From the NCBI GenBank assembly GCA_030704615.1, contig CM060731.1:17236001-17300000 (forward strand): a stretch of DNA of 64,000 nt. Reading direction: 5' to 3'. The stretch is from Takakia lepidozioides (lineage: Eukaryota > Plantae > Bryophyta). A model generated the notes under the pieces. That model saw nothing but the letters and a program-made list of their open reading frames with translations. It was not told the origin of the DNA and searched no databases. Shown here in pieces: positions 28,272-41,341 of this stretch (the stretch's first letter is position 1; each line of letters starts with the position of its first letter). Made by a program: the position numbers and the translations under genes.

Positions 28272-29310
28272 TATTTATTTTATTTTCTTAAAGAACAGGG
28301 GACAGGGACCTGGAGCCACTTTATTGAAGATTATTTTGTGGAAAAAAATTAAAACCCCTTGAACACCATAAGGCACACACACCGTAATCAGTTTTTTTTT
28401 TTTTTTTTTTTTTGAAACAACAGGGGGATTATAGACCTGGTGAACTTTTATTATAAAGTTTGTGGGGGAAAAAGCCCTTACAATTTATGTAGTATTATTC
28501 GGGGGAAAAAATTAAAACCCAATAGACGCCATAAGGCACACACACCGTAATCAGTGAAGAAAGATCTTGGCAGTCGGATAAACTTTGCCACCCTCGGAAG
28601 CAGGGGTGTGGATGACACTGAAATGAAACTTAAGGGGACCAGATCAAGATGATTAGGACCAGTATCTAACCATAATGAGCCTAATCCAACCAGGAGGAGT
28701 CCTAGGGATTAGCAACGATTAGAAACCCCAGAATTATTGGTGCTCAACGATAGCTAAGCTTGGAGGCGTTCGCCGAAGTCTTCAGGTATTTTTTAAGTGC
28801 GGAAAGAGAATTCTTAGAGATAAGTAAGAAATTAATAAAAAATTGTTTGTTTGTTTTTTGGTTTTATGAGGGGGCTTCAAAAGTGTTGGGCCATGCACAA
28901 GCCATAGTTCCAACCCATTATATAAATAAACAGATTGACACATCAAACGAGTGTGCAATGAATCACCCCTTCAAAACAGGGGGGATGCCTATGCTTGAAA
29001 GGAGGCTGTACTTCCACTAACTCGGATGACATCATACATATGTATATGGGGGGATGGTTCCAAGTAGACCATCCAATCGTCCTTCCTAAAATCATCCCAC
29101 CAACCACACAAGTTGACCTACGACATAATAACATCTTTCCCATTATTGGATGAACAAATGTGTGAGGCTGCGGACCCCACCAGAAAATCTTTGACAATGG
29201 TCTTGGGACACTACAAAAATCAGCTTGCAAAAAAGCTCAAGGGGCATTTTGCGACCTAAGCTTTCTAGATGGAACATGCACGGAGCAAGGAGCGCCACAA
29301 ACTACTTTTG
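28272..29310 (-). mobile_element. Truncated L1-like LINE with a duplicated 3' UTR and tail
   Basis: Two tandem copies of aaaaaattaaaaccc...ccataaggcacacacaccgtaatcagt (28343-28392, 28506-28555), each preceded by a T-rich tail; reverse complement matches the 3' UTR of the large LINE (40545-40565 + 41350-41441). The right boundary is approximate. Confidence 0.65.
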
Positions 29311-29685
29311 TCAGGTAAAAACACAAAACAATTTTACAAACTGATATGGATCAATGTATATGCATCCTAAAATTCAATATCATCATTGTTGTCCTCTAGA
29401 CAATTATTTATCAGGTGGACCGAGCTAGAGCAGCAGAGAAGGAAGGCCGAACAAGCCTTTGTGGTGGGCCTTTGTGGTGGAGCTAGAAATAGAGGGGTGG
29501 GGCCGATGAGGTACAAGCAAGGCAAGCATTGCGGTGGGCTTGAGCTGGTTGAAGCAAGGACAAGTAGGGCACACCTGAAGGTTGAAGCAAGGCTCCAGCG
29601 AGTTGGAAAGAGGGCTAGGGTGCAAGCTTGACATGGGTAATGATTTACCCGCCAGCGGACATACATTTTGAGCTCACACTTACTT

Positions 29686-30383
29686 CCCAGGAAAGTCACT
29701 CTCTATCACTTGTATAGGGCACGTGAGATAAATGGGTATTTTGTAAGGGGGTATTACTTTTATTTTGGGTATTTTTTAGTACCCTATAATTACCATAATT
29801 TTGTAATGTTGATATGCTATTTTAATTTTAATTTTTTTTTGTTTCAAACGAATATTAGACACCCTATATTAATAATACATTTTTTTTTTCCCAAAACAAT
29901 TGGTTTTATTTTTTGGTTGAAATAAATTCATTCAAAGCATTCGCATCATCACCATTCAAGGTAAAAACATCCTGCACTCTATCGAAAGTCATAGTGACTG
30001 AAATAATAACTGAGTCTACATTTATCCACTTATTGTCGGTATGATTATATTTGAATTTAAATTGTCATCTAGATTTTGAGGAAGCTAAATACAAACATTT
30101 GTATCATCCCCCTAAGCTACATACAAACATGTATCCTCCCCCTAAAAATATGTATATATTTTGGAAATTTTCCATAGGTATTATCTCAACCCTATAGTAA
30201 TCTTAAGAAAAAATTAAAATGAGTCATTATTTTAGAGCCTATATTAATTTAAATTCCCTGATCACAATATAATGTACCCTTTATTAATATTAAATATTTT
30301 ATAATTTTAATCTCTTCAAAATAAATTGCACCCTATATTCTTTTGCACGTCGGTTGGAAATATTTGGAAGTGACTTCCCCGGG
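29686..30383. mobile_element. Non-autonomous TIR element (MITE), 698 bp, 8-bp TSD
   Basis: TIRs cccaggaaagtcact / agtgacttccccggg (13 of 15 complementary); perfect TSD acttactt at 29678-29685 and 30384-30391; AT-rich interior. Confidence 0.8.
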
Positions 30384-30632
30384 ACTTACTTACCTTTGAA
30401 TTAGGATATATCCACACCACAATACTCTGGATATATATAAGATAAGGATATGAGGGCTTTGCAGCCTGGCAGCATAATTCCAGACTTAATTGCTGGTCTC
30501 AGCATGTGTCTTGGCAGCTATGTCTTCATACCTGATTACATGCATAATATATTAATTACCCTATGGCTATATTTCAATTTTGGTGCAGGTTGGTAAGGTA
30601 AGAACAAACGTTGGGTTTGGTTTTAGTTAAAC

Positions 30633-31134
30633 TAGGGTAGCCTGCGCCGTTGGCCTAAATGTCCAATGTCATCTAAGTCCAAGTGCAATCCTCTCTCTAT
30701 CCAAGTGCGTCTCCTGTGGTCTCCTATGTCGAGGCCCAAATGCGACCTCTAGGGTAGCATGTGCCGTGGGCCCAAGTGTCAAGTGTCATCTAAGTCCAAG
30801 TGTAAGATCTTCTATGTATCCGAGTGCGTGTCCTATGTCAAGGCCCAAGTGCAACCCCTAAGATAGCATGTACCTTTGGCCCATGTGTGAAGAATTGAAA
30901 ATCTAAGACCAAGTGCAATTTCCTATGTATCTCATGCGTCTCCTATGTTGAGGCCCAAGTGCGACCTCTAGTGTATCCTATGCCGTTGGCCCATGTGTGA
31001 AGAATTAGAATCTAAGTCCAAGTGCAATCTCCTATGTATCCAAGTGCGTCTCCTATGTCGAGGCCCAAATGCGACCTCTAGGATAGTCTGTGCTGTCGGC
31101 CCAAGTATCCAATGTCATCTAAGTCATCTAAGTC
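30633..31134. repeat. Minisatellite, ~110-bp unit, ~4.5 copies
   Basis: Units start at 30633, 30750, 30859, 30969, 31079; recurring atctaagtccaagtgcaat and ctcctatgtcgaggcccaaatgcgacctc. Confidence 0.9.
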
Positions 31135-33388
31135 TAATAATTATTTTTCCACAGAGCCTACGACCAGATTTGAATCGGAGACCTTTCCCTTTGTATCTCT
31201 CTTGTCGAGGCTCCAACCATTGTCCCAAGAATGCCCACTTTGCTATTTTTCGGGAATTTCCAGCAACCCAAAGTACTTGAAATTCCACATCTCCCACACC
31301 GTATAAGGTCCAAAAATCATGAGACCAAGCCCGTGCACCTCTCCTCGTCGAGGGCTTTCCAATGGTACCAAGCACCAGAGCAAAACAAAACAAAACAAAA
31401 CAAACTGGCTTCTTTCATATATTGATGATTATACCTGATATACCGGGAAGGTATTATATCATGGTATGTGATATATGGCTCTCATTTTAGATTAATTGGG
31501 TCTTTAAGTTTCACCTGTGCGCCAGGCAGCGCACGGACGCACGAACATCCCCGACTTCGTCTGCAACCACCCGGTGGGTTTGCTTGCGGTCTGGGTTGCC
31601 CCACCACAGAACCCAACAGGGCCTGAATCAATCGTGGTATCTTTGGCGTTACAGGGAGTTTTTCGGGCTCAAGGGTGGGGATGCTCATGCTCTATCTTGT
31701 TGTGCACTCCATCCCTTGCAACGGATACGCCCATGCTCCCCATTTTTGTTTATTATACCCGGATCCACAAGATATTAAATTTTAAAGTTTGACAAGTTTA
31801 TCGGAGTGAGGCTCTATTTAATAATTTCTTTTTTTAATATGATCATTGAGGAGAAGAAAACATGGTCCTACACCATGTGTGCAGTTCTTTCCAGGGTAGA
31901 ATGGCGACAAAGGCAGCTTTCCAAGACTTTGATATCTCGTGGGATAAGAGCATCCCCACCCTACACTGAACCCAACACGCCAACGGAATATCAGGGTATA
32001 CAGTTTCAAGGTGGATGGGAAAACGTCCACACCCTTGCACTGAACCCTATATCCCATGAAAAGCGGGCACTGAATATCCTTCTGTGCACTAAACCCGAAC
32101 GCCGTATTCAGCACCCCGAATACGCCCCTGAATCCAAACGTGACCATGCCCAGAGTCTAGCGTGTGCGTGTCAACATCTTGGCAGCGACCACACCCCTTC
32201 CTGCCAATGGGAGGCGAGGTGCGCGGGGATAGCGCGGGCAATTCAGGGGCAAGGGTGTGCGCGAGTCGGGGCTGCCTCACCACAGAACCCAACAGGCCCT
32301 GAATCGATCACGTAATTTTCACCGCCCGTGTTTCCAACTCGTTCTTACATTATTGGAATGATTCTCTCCCCACGGAATGGAAAATCTCCAGTTGATTGGC
32401 AACGGGTGTCACCGTCGGATGATGGATTTGTAGCTAAGACTGAGCTTAAGGGCTGATTCTGTGATTTTTGTGGCTTCTGCGAGTCTTCTGCTTGGTTTCT
32501 TGACTTATCTCTTTTCACTGGTCTCCTTGCATTGGTTGTTTTTGTCTATTTTGACTCAAGGAAGTGTAACTGGTTACACTTGGTCTCGATTAACTTAAAA
32601 ACTCATGAAACGTCACCTTATAATTTTCATCCTTGTCCATCATTTTTCCATCTATTTCTACCCATACCTAGGGGGCTTATTTATCATTTGCTCTGCTGCT
32701 ATTAATTTATTAAGGGGGGCCGATGGCGGAGCTGCGAGACGACTCCCAACGGTCGTCTCGCCCTTTCCAGAGCTTGTTTCTGGCCCTGCTCAACTCCGTA
32801 GCTACTGCAGATCACATTGTGCATCTCCACCCCATGCACAGATTTCCATTGATATATTTTTTAAGTTTTTTCCATAGTTTCTTCACGATTAGTTCCTTCA
32901 GTTGTTCATCCTATCAACCCTCGTCCTTTCATCGCTCGCACAGTTACATGCATCATCCCTAATCTGACAGCGCCCGTCTCTAACTTAAGGAGGTCACCTT
33001 CTCAAAGACCTTTCCCGCTTAATCCCCTATTCCTCGCGTTAGTTCTTCGAACCCACTTCATCAGTGGTTTTTTCCAGTGTTACAGTGTTCTTCCTTGTTT
33101 GATTAGTGCAATGGCTCCTGGGAACAACCAGTTCCGCAGCAGGGAATCAATGGAGGCTCGAAGGAGTTTCCAGAATGGACAGAGAAGACCCAACATCTCA
33201 TCTGGGACAGACTTCTACCTCGCACACCAAGAGCATTCCAGGATTGTACGACCAACGGGTCTGTAAGAAACCCCCCCCCCCCCCCCCCTCCTTTCCACTT
33301 CAGTCCTCTCTCTCCTCCCCAACCCTTCCTTAAATTTCCCAGGCTGGATTCACCTCCAACAGTTCCAAACTGCTCAAACCCACCCATT

Positions 33389-35381
33389 TTGGAAACTCCA
33401 CTTGCACAATGGGTGGAAGAAAACATTCTCAATCAAGCTGACTTGGACAGGGACTATCCAATGCTCAATATGAACATCCCAGATTTACAAAAAAGAGTTA
33501 CAACCATGGAGGAGTCCGGCATCCTCATTCACTTTCTAGGGACAAAAGTGGATAGAACCATTGTTAGAGACTGGGCTATCAAACATCTTGGCGGCCCTGG
33601 AGAACTGCGTCAACAGTTTTGCCATGAGAAGGGTCGAGGTTTCTTTTCAATCCTGTTTGAAACCCAAGAAGCAGCAAACCAGGCCTTGCTTTTCAACCCT
33701 CACACAAAGGGATACAATGTCAACATATTCCCTTGGTCATCCAAGATGGGAAACACGAATGGTAAACTTTGGGGCCCACGCATTGTCTCTGTTCCTTACA
33801 TCCCAGATCAATATCTGGTTAACTTGGCGGACATTGCGAACCATTTTGGATCATACCTTGGATGTTTGGCAGTATTTGATCCCCAAATGTGTACACAAAA
33901 CTTAAGGCAGGACCCAGCATGGAGATCAGTGACTATTGCATCACGCCTTCATGAGACTGGATGTGCCAAGTTCGTGTTGATGATGCCAGATGAGGATGTT
34001 CTGCCGCAATTTGTGAAATTGCCAATAGATGAAGATGGCAATTATTTCACGATTCAACTCATAGAAGACACTACCTATGCAGCATGCTTCAACTGTGGCC
34101 AGCTTGGCCACTTTAAAATGGACTGCCCCACAGCCAAATGCAAGCGACATCAACCCTTTGTCCCATTCAACCTTTAGCGGCAGAAACAAGGGGTTCCCTC
34201 ATTAGCGGATGCGAATCAAAGGCAGGAAATGAGCAACCCCACCGTAGGCTCCATGCTTCCACCAAACGCTCAAGATGCCTAGGCCCTCAAAAGGTTCCCA
34301 ACGATCCTCTGCAACTCAGATCCTGTCCAAAACTTAATACTGCCAAAGGAGATAGCAGCAGGGATCCTATGCAGGCAGAATTACTGGCTCATCATCATAC
34401 GGAGGGTTTTATTTCCAAAGGGAAGGCAAAGCAGAATGAACATCAACAACTAGTGGCTACCGCAAAAAGAAAGACAAAAGTACAGGATGGACAGCAGCTG
34501 AGATCAGTCAGATTGACACTTCCAACCAGCAACTCCTTTCCTAAAATCACCACCGGCATCGCATGCAACTCCACCTTTTCCAATGCCAGTCTCCAAACCT
34601 GCTCATTCCCTCACCTGGATCTCAAGGGTTGCTCAGCATTGGAGATGGTTGAAATACCAAAGGCTTCATGCGTCACTCCTCTCATATTCCGGAAAAGTAT
34701 ACGCCCAGCTATTCTAATCACATCAGATGATTTCGAATATGTGGAATCATTGTGGAATCACTGTGGATTACTACTGCAGACATCAAACACTTCTTGCAAT
34801 CAAACCCTCCCAACAGCAGCCCTGAGACATTGTTCAAATACAAAATTCAGGAGTTCTTCCACAAGTCGCAGCCCCACTATTCACTTTCACCATTTACAAA
34901 AATCTCGTCGGGAGCATATTTGGAGGAACATCCAGGGCTAAGTGTCAAACCTTCAACATATATTCTTGCCCTTGTAGAGGATGCAGAAATCTACTCTGCA
35001 CCGCCAACAGAGGCAATTTGGACTTACCAAGAATGGTTGTCTGTTCCGGGAGGAAGCCACAGATTGCAAATCCGTAATCAGGACACATTAGTCACTAGTT
35101 CTAGCTGCTTGAAGCTCACCTGCGTTCCGAGGTTGACCACGACAATTACAGAATGGAAATTCAAAGAACCAGGGAGCACATCAACAAGAACAAGCTATTC
35201 AGATCCCCAAACAAGTCCTCGGACTCTTAGGAGGAATCAACAAATACCTCAACTCAAGAGGAAAGCAACAACTTCAACCCTGCCGTCGAAAGTCTGCAAA
35301 TATCGCCTCCACCAATACCGGTCTGCACTCAACTCATCTCCCAGGCCAGCTCGTAAGTCACCTCTCCACCAAGGGTTTTAA
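33389..35381 (+). pseudogene. LINE ORF1 (DUF4283/RRM-like region plus CCHC zinc knuckle), frameshifted
   Basis: EKGRGFFSILFETQEAANQALL...NIFPWS and CFNCGQLGHFKMDC in ORF 33389-34177; continuation fragments 34138-34941 and 34752-35381. Confidence 0.75.
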
Positions 35382-35895
35382 CACCTACCCCTCTACCCTC
35401 CCCTATCCAGGTGCCCATCTCACCCTCACCATGTTTCATTTACCAGCTGCAATCAGGAAATACTAACAGAGCTGGAATTTGTGTAGTAAAAATAAGCATC
35501 TCAGCCAAAATAAGGATAGGAGACACATCCTACCGGCATGCAATTTGCCTGACAGCATTCCCTCTGGAAATCTTCCTTCGGATGGTTCTCTTCTCCAAAG
35601 ATATCTAGAGCTCCAGCACCTGTTTTTAGCTGTTTTTTTCCCAGCTAGAGTAACTACCCAGACTGTTACTATTCCACTGTTTCAAAGGAGCAGTTTCAAC
35701 CAATACCAGACATCCAATATCCATGCAGAGCTAGGGGTGTATTCATAACCATCCACAACAAAACCCGCAAAACCCCAAACAACTTCATCTGGGTCAACTC
35801 AATGCGACGGCCTAAGAATCATAGGGTAAAATTCGTATATCATACCAAAGGGCTATCAAACCTGGTTTCCAGTCCAGGCCCTCCATACCCTACCA

Positions 35896-38800
35896 ATGAC
35901 CTTTAACCTTCATTCATGGAACATGAGAGGCCTTGGATAAGACCCTTCATCTCTCAAAAGGCTGAGAATCAAAACTTGGATGGTTCCCTTCCTCTCCGGT
36001 GACTCTATAATTTTTCCACAGGAACACAAGCTAGACCAGACCAAAATAGACAACCTTTCAGACTATCTATGGCCTTTAACAAACTCTCTTTGGAAACCAA
36101 CCTCTTCAGGCACCAAGGGAGGGACGACGATATTATTATCCCCCTCTTTACAACCCTTTCTTGCAGCAGAAGATATCTGGATACCTGGCAGATTGCAATT
36201 TTGCGCAATAACCCTACCCAACGCAGCTGGCTCGATTGGATTAGTGGACACTTACGCACCAAACTCATCTGCGGAAAGGTCAGATTTTTGGAGACTTCTC
36301 AATGCAAAAATGAAAGATCAACTAAACATAGACAGCTGGATTGTAGTAGGTGATCTTAATATGGTTGAAGTCTAGGAGGATAGGCGAGGGGCTAGAACCT
36401 TCAACCCAAATCCAGAGGAGATGGACCAATGGTTCAATTGTGCTCAAACACATAGTCTCAAGGAGGCAGCACCTATTTTCGGTCAAGCATCCAATATCAC
36501 CTTTACATGGACCAACAATAGAACCGTCACCGACCTTAGTATGGCTCGTCTTGACAGAGCTTACATTTCCCTCAATTTGGTATAATTATCTAAAAGAGCC
36601 CCGCAGGAACCCATTCCCTTGGGATTTGACCACGCACCAATCACCCTTTCTATCTCAATCCCTCATTCATGCCAACGGGGCAGAGGCCTCTACAAGCTGA
36701 ATAATCTCCTCCTCAAATTACCCTCCTTCAAACAGGGTCTTTTGCAGGCTTGGTCTCAGGCTGGAAACCCAGACCTAAACCCAATTGAGCTTTTCCTGGC
36801 CAGACTAAAAGCGGTCAATACAAAAAGCCAAAAAATGAACCGAGAATTAGCGCTCATCCGAAAGATAAAGGTTAGAGCATTATCTAAATGCCTCAAAGTA
36901 TGTCAATCTGCTTTGGAATCAAGTCGTTGCGATGAAGATACTTACAAAACTTATATCCAAGCCAGGAACAATCTTGACATTCACCATAAAATTCAGTGGA
37001 AGCTACAGGCGGGGGTTAACTGGTCAACAAAAGGGGAAAAGATGGCAAAATACTTCTTTGACAAGACCAGATTGAGAAGAGCTTCACAGACCATCTCTGA
37101 ACTTGGTGCCCAGCCATCCGGGATCTCAAACACAACACCTAAATCGATGGCAGCCCATGCTGGGGACCATTTCCAGCACCTTTTTCACAGTGACAACATC
37201 TCCCTAGATCCTTCTAATGACCAGACAACCTGTCTGATTCACACTCCTACCATGCTTTCTCCCGAATACGCCGCGCAGCTTGAGGGAGACTTCTCTGACC
37301 GGGAACTAGAAGAAGCTCTATCTAAGATGCAGAACAACAAATCGCTTGGTATAGATGGCATTTCTGTTGAATTTTATAAAGCATTGTGGCTAGAGATTTC
37401 AGGGGATTTTACAGCTATGGCCAACCATCTGTTTCAGCAAGGTCAGATGCCACCTTCAATGGCTCAAGGCGTAATTACCTTGCTGTACAAAAAGGGGGAC
37501 AGAACAAATATTTCGAATTACCGCCCTATAACCCTTCTGAATGTCGCCTACAAAATCATTGCCAAGGCTCTTGCCCTTAGACTTCAACCTCTTCTTCCAT
37601 TCATTATTCGACCCAACCAGACATGATTTATTAAAGGACGGTATATTCTGGACAACCTCCTCCTTGCACAAGAAATCCTGGACTATGCCCTAAGGACCAA
37701 TCAGCCCTTCTTCTCTTGGATTTTGAAAAGGCTTTCGATAGGGTGGAATGGTCTTACTTGCTTGCAGCCTTGATAAAATTTGGCTTCCCTCATTCCTTTT
37801 GTAAGTGGGTCAAGATTCTTCTTACTTCTTCATCCAGTAGGGTTACTGTTAATGGCCATTTGTCTTCTTCCTTCCCTCTTCGGCGATCGGTTAGACAGGG
37901 ATGTCCCCTCTCACCCTTTTTGTTTCTGGTAGCGTCAGATACCCTTGGGTATATGTTGCAGCAAAACCAATTCATAATAGGCCTTAGAGTCTCAAACTAT
38001 ATAACGGGCCAATACACCTACCTGACTGACTGTATGTTCGTGGATGACATTTTTTTAATGCTGCAAGCAAAGTCAGAAAACTTGGACCAAGCAGGACTTA
38101 CTCTGCGTACTTTTTGCAAAGCCTCGGGATTCAAAATTAATTGGAACAAAACTTCAGGCTTGCTCGTTGGTGACCTAACGACTTCCACTATGGGCTCGCC
38201 ACCCTCTTGGGGGGTGGATCAGGGTCTCAGTTGGCTCCAGCCTGGTGAAACAACCACCTTGTTAGGATATACCTTTGGTATTAACCTCTCAGACCAGCAA
38301 ATCTTTGCCTCCACATTATCCAAACTAAAGAGAAAATTGACCTACTGGGGGTCAAAACATCTCTCTCTCGTTGGTAGAGCCTTAGTGGTGAATCAAATTC
38401 ATTCAGCTGGTCTATGGTACTATGCCTCCTCATGGCGCCCTTACTCTAAACAGTTGCAAATAATCAGACGTCTCCTCCGGAACTTCATATGGGGAGCAGA
38501 TTGCTCCATTCAAAACAAGAGACCACAGGTAGCTTGGATTCAGATCTGTTTACCAAAAAAAAAAGGAGGGCTGGGGGTGCTAGACCCTGAACTACAGATA
38601 GTAGCCATCCTTGGAAAATGGATACCGCGCTTTCTTGGACCAGAAGCAGGATGCTGGAAATTTTTGGTCTATGACCACATTGCCAATTCCTCGCCACTCA
38701 AAAACACCCCTTGGACCCCATCATTGCGCTGGATCACTCAAGGCTTCAACCTTAAATCTGTGAGCTCCTCTCTATGGTCCAATATCTAGTTGGCCTGGGG

Positions 38801-40253
38801 AAGGCTCAGAAAACTGCTCACAAAAGCCCAGCCAAGCAACTTCTATGAAATCAAAAGACAACATCTGTTTCTCAATGACATACCTCTAACTGCTCCTCAG
38901 AAAAACCAGGCTATGAGATGGTCCAAATGGGACTGCCTCGGGGTCAGACAGATTCATAACATATGGTCGGGAGATAGTCTAATATCTCAAGAGGCATTGG
39001 CCCTCATTGTGGGGAGGCCCCGTGCATCCAAGGGATACCAGGATATTATTCAAACTATCTCACCACAGTGGCTGGCCACCCTGGCACTTGGCCCTCTGCA
39101 GCCAACTCCCAACTCATGGGCTTTAGTCATTCTGCAAAACAAGCTTACCATCCTGTATGTAGATGAACTCAGTCAGAATGATATGTCAGTATACTCCTTC
39201 TCTATTGACTCTTTCTCTCTTAGGCTTACACTTACAAACCCAAACCCAGTTCACTTGAATCTCATGACTCTAACGCCGGTGAGAATCTGCTGCTGGACAG
39301 CCTCAGATAAAGCCATGGATCCCATACCACCCCTTACAACCACAACCAGGTCTTGGCTTCTTTCTAACACCTTTGTATGGATTCTAGGTAGACCTCTCGC
39401 AGAGATAGACATTGACCCCCAAGAATGGTCTTGGAAATTCAACAATGCTCCAGAACCCTTCTTTGCATATACAACTAAGAAGTGATACAAAGCTTTATCT
39501 GTGTCTCAACCTATGAACAAGAAATGGGAAGCCAGATGGGGATTGTACAACTTTTGGGGTTCAGTTTGGATTAAATCCCGCCCTTCAAAGATTGCATCCT
39601 TTCTATGGCAGTTAGTACATAGGGTTCTCAAAGTTGGGGAATGGCTATAGTTTCAGGGTTCTGTTTTATGTGCTTACTGTTCTACTGCAGTAATCGAATT
39701 GATAGAACATTGCCTTCTTTCATGCCAAGCCCCAGCAAGGATTTGGCCCCATATCAAAGCCTTCTATCAGAACTGGAACCCCTCTTCTCTTTCAGTCACA
39801 ATCATTCTCTTAAACTATGATCCATCCACTAAAAACAGAGCCATTAACTGCCCTGTTTTTTAAACCTTAAGAGCATCAGCTTTATGGCATCTATGGAAAC
39901 TAAGGTGCAAGAATACCTTTCTAGGAGAGACCACTTCCATATCTGCCCTCCTGGTTGCTGTATTTCTTGACTTACAAACTGAAGCTAGGAAGGCGTGGGC
40001 CAAAATATGTGCAGTCAGACAGCGGGATGCCAAGAACACGGACGCCATCCACAGGAAATTTCAACACACCTGGGGTAGACAGGGGATCATATGCAACAGC
40101 CCTGTGCAGGACAGATGTTACTGGAACGATCTCCCCCCAGCAACCTGGCGAGATCTCCGTTCGCCGCTACACTCTTTCCCCCGAATTTGAAAGGGACATT
40201 AACTGGAAGCATTTGAAGCCCTCCTTGACCGCTTCCAAGCTGCACTACAGATA
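35896..40253 (+). pseudogene. LINE ORF2 (endonuclease-reverse transcriptase), disrupted by several stops and a frameshift
   Basis: SWNMRGLG, QEHK, YAPN, GDLN, RLDRAY, DHAP (EN); KSLGIDG, NYRPITLLN, DFEKAFDRV, VRQGCPLSP, FVDD (RT); ICLPKKKGGLGV; C-x2-C...EHCLLSC (zf-RVT). In-frame stops at about 35938, 36373, 37624, 38787, 39483. Confidence 0.92.
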
Positions 40254-40565
40254 GATCGCAATCTCTATCGTGGAGAAGGTCAATGGACTATTTACTCTCA
40301 TCGCCACTCCTCCCCTGCCCTTTTCGACAGTCTTAGAAAGTCCAACAAGACACTCGTCTCTCCTAAGCTTCGTTTCAGGTCTAGGGCAGAGTGCCCGGTT
40401 TTTTGGTCTCCTGGATTAGCCCACTGAGTGGCTGTTTGGTTCGTAGAAACAATCTTTGCTCTTTTTGCATTTACTAAAGAGTCAGATAGGAGTTATTTTC
40501 GTATCCTGGACTCTATCTCCGTTCGGAGAGGTTGGCTCGAACTACACTGATCAGAGTGTGTGTAC

Positions 40566-41341
40566 CAGTGTTGGCCGGATACTATGTTTTGAGCCCTCTT
40601 CCGGTCCCGGTTATGGCCTACTCCTTGAAAAAAATGGATGGCCGGGGCAGGGTATATCAATAGGTTTGAAAAACATATCGGTTACAATTTCTCATTAAAC
40701 ACATGAATTTTTTCTTGTCCGGTTCTCAATCTACCGGTTATGCCATCTTAAAAATTGCCGGTTCCATGGTACCGGTTATGGGTTTACTTTCTCTAGCATT
40801 TTTGTGTATGTGTGTGAAAGTACACAAGAGGGTTGTGGCCTGGTGGTAAGCCATTCGTGGGTTGGCTTGTGGGTCTCGGGTTCAAACGTTCAACCCCTAT
40901 CATCTATCTATTGCCTTCAAGCTGCCCCTGTAATACACCAAGTTTATAACTCCAAATGCCCAACTAATTAATTTCCTATTTACTTGGGCATCCTCAATGT
41001 TGTGCACCTAATCTCCCCAACCATTGTAAACGTATCGTTACTAGTAAGACATAATCAGGATCTGTCCATCTGCAATAATCTTAACTACCATCACCCTACA
41101 TCACCAACCCTATACCTATATTATCTAGAACCGCCGCTACGCCATCCCCATTTGCTCCGGATCCTGCTCCGGGTATAACACCCTTATAATCACAATGCCG
41201 GTTAGGAAGCTCGATGGCTTTTGCCGGTTCCCTTCCATAGCCGGTTCCTCCGGGGGCTGCACTTTCCGGGTATGCATATGTGCATAACCGGCAAATAACC
41301 GCCGGGTATGCATGTCCAGATGCCATACCCGGCCAACACTG
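40566..41341. mobile_element. hAT-type MITE (family A), 776 bp
   Basis: TIRs cagtgttggccgg / ccggccaacactg; perfect 8-bp TSD gtgtgtac (40558-40565, 41342-41349); many subterminal accgg/ccggt motifs; second copy at 54859-55677. Confidence 0.93.

Noticed and set aside
31960-32100. Telomerase RNA template (ctaaaccc-like motifs)
   Set aside because: Motifs are imperfect and no properly spaced USE/TATA promoter or terminator was seen.
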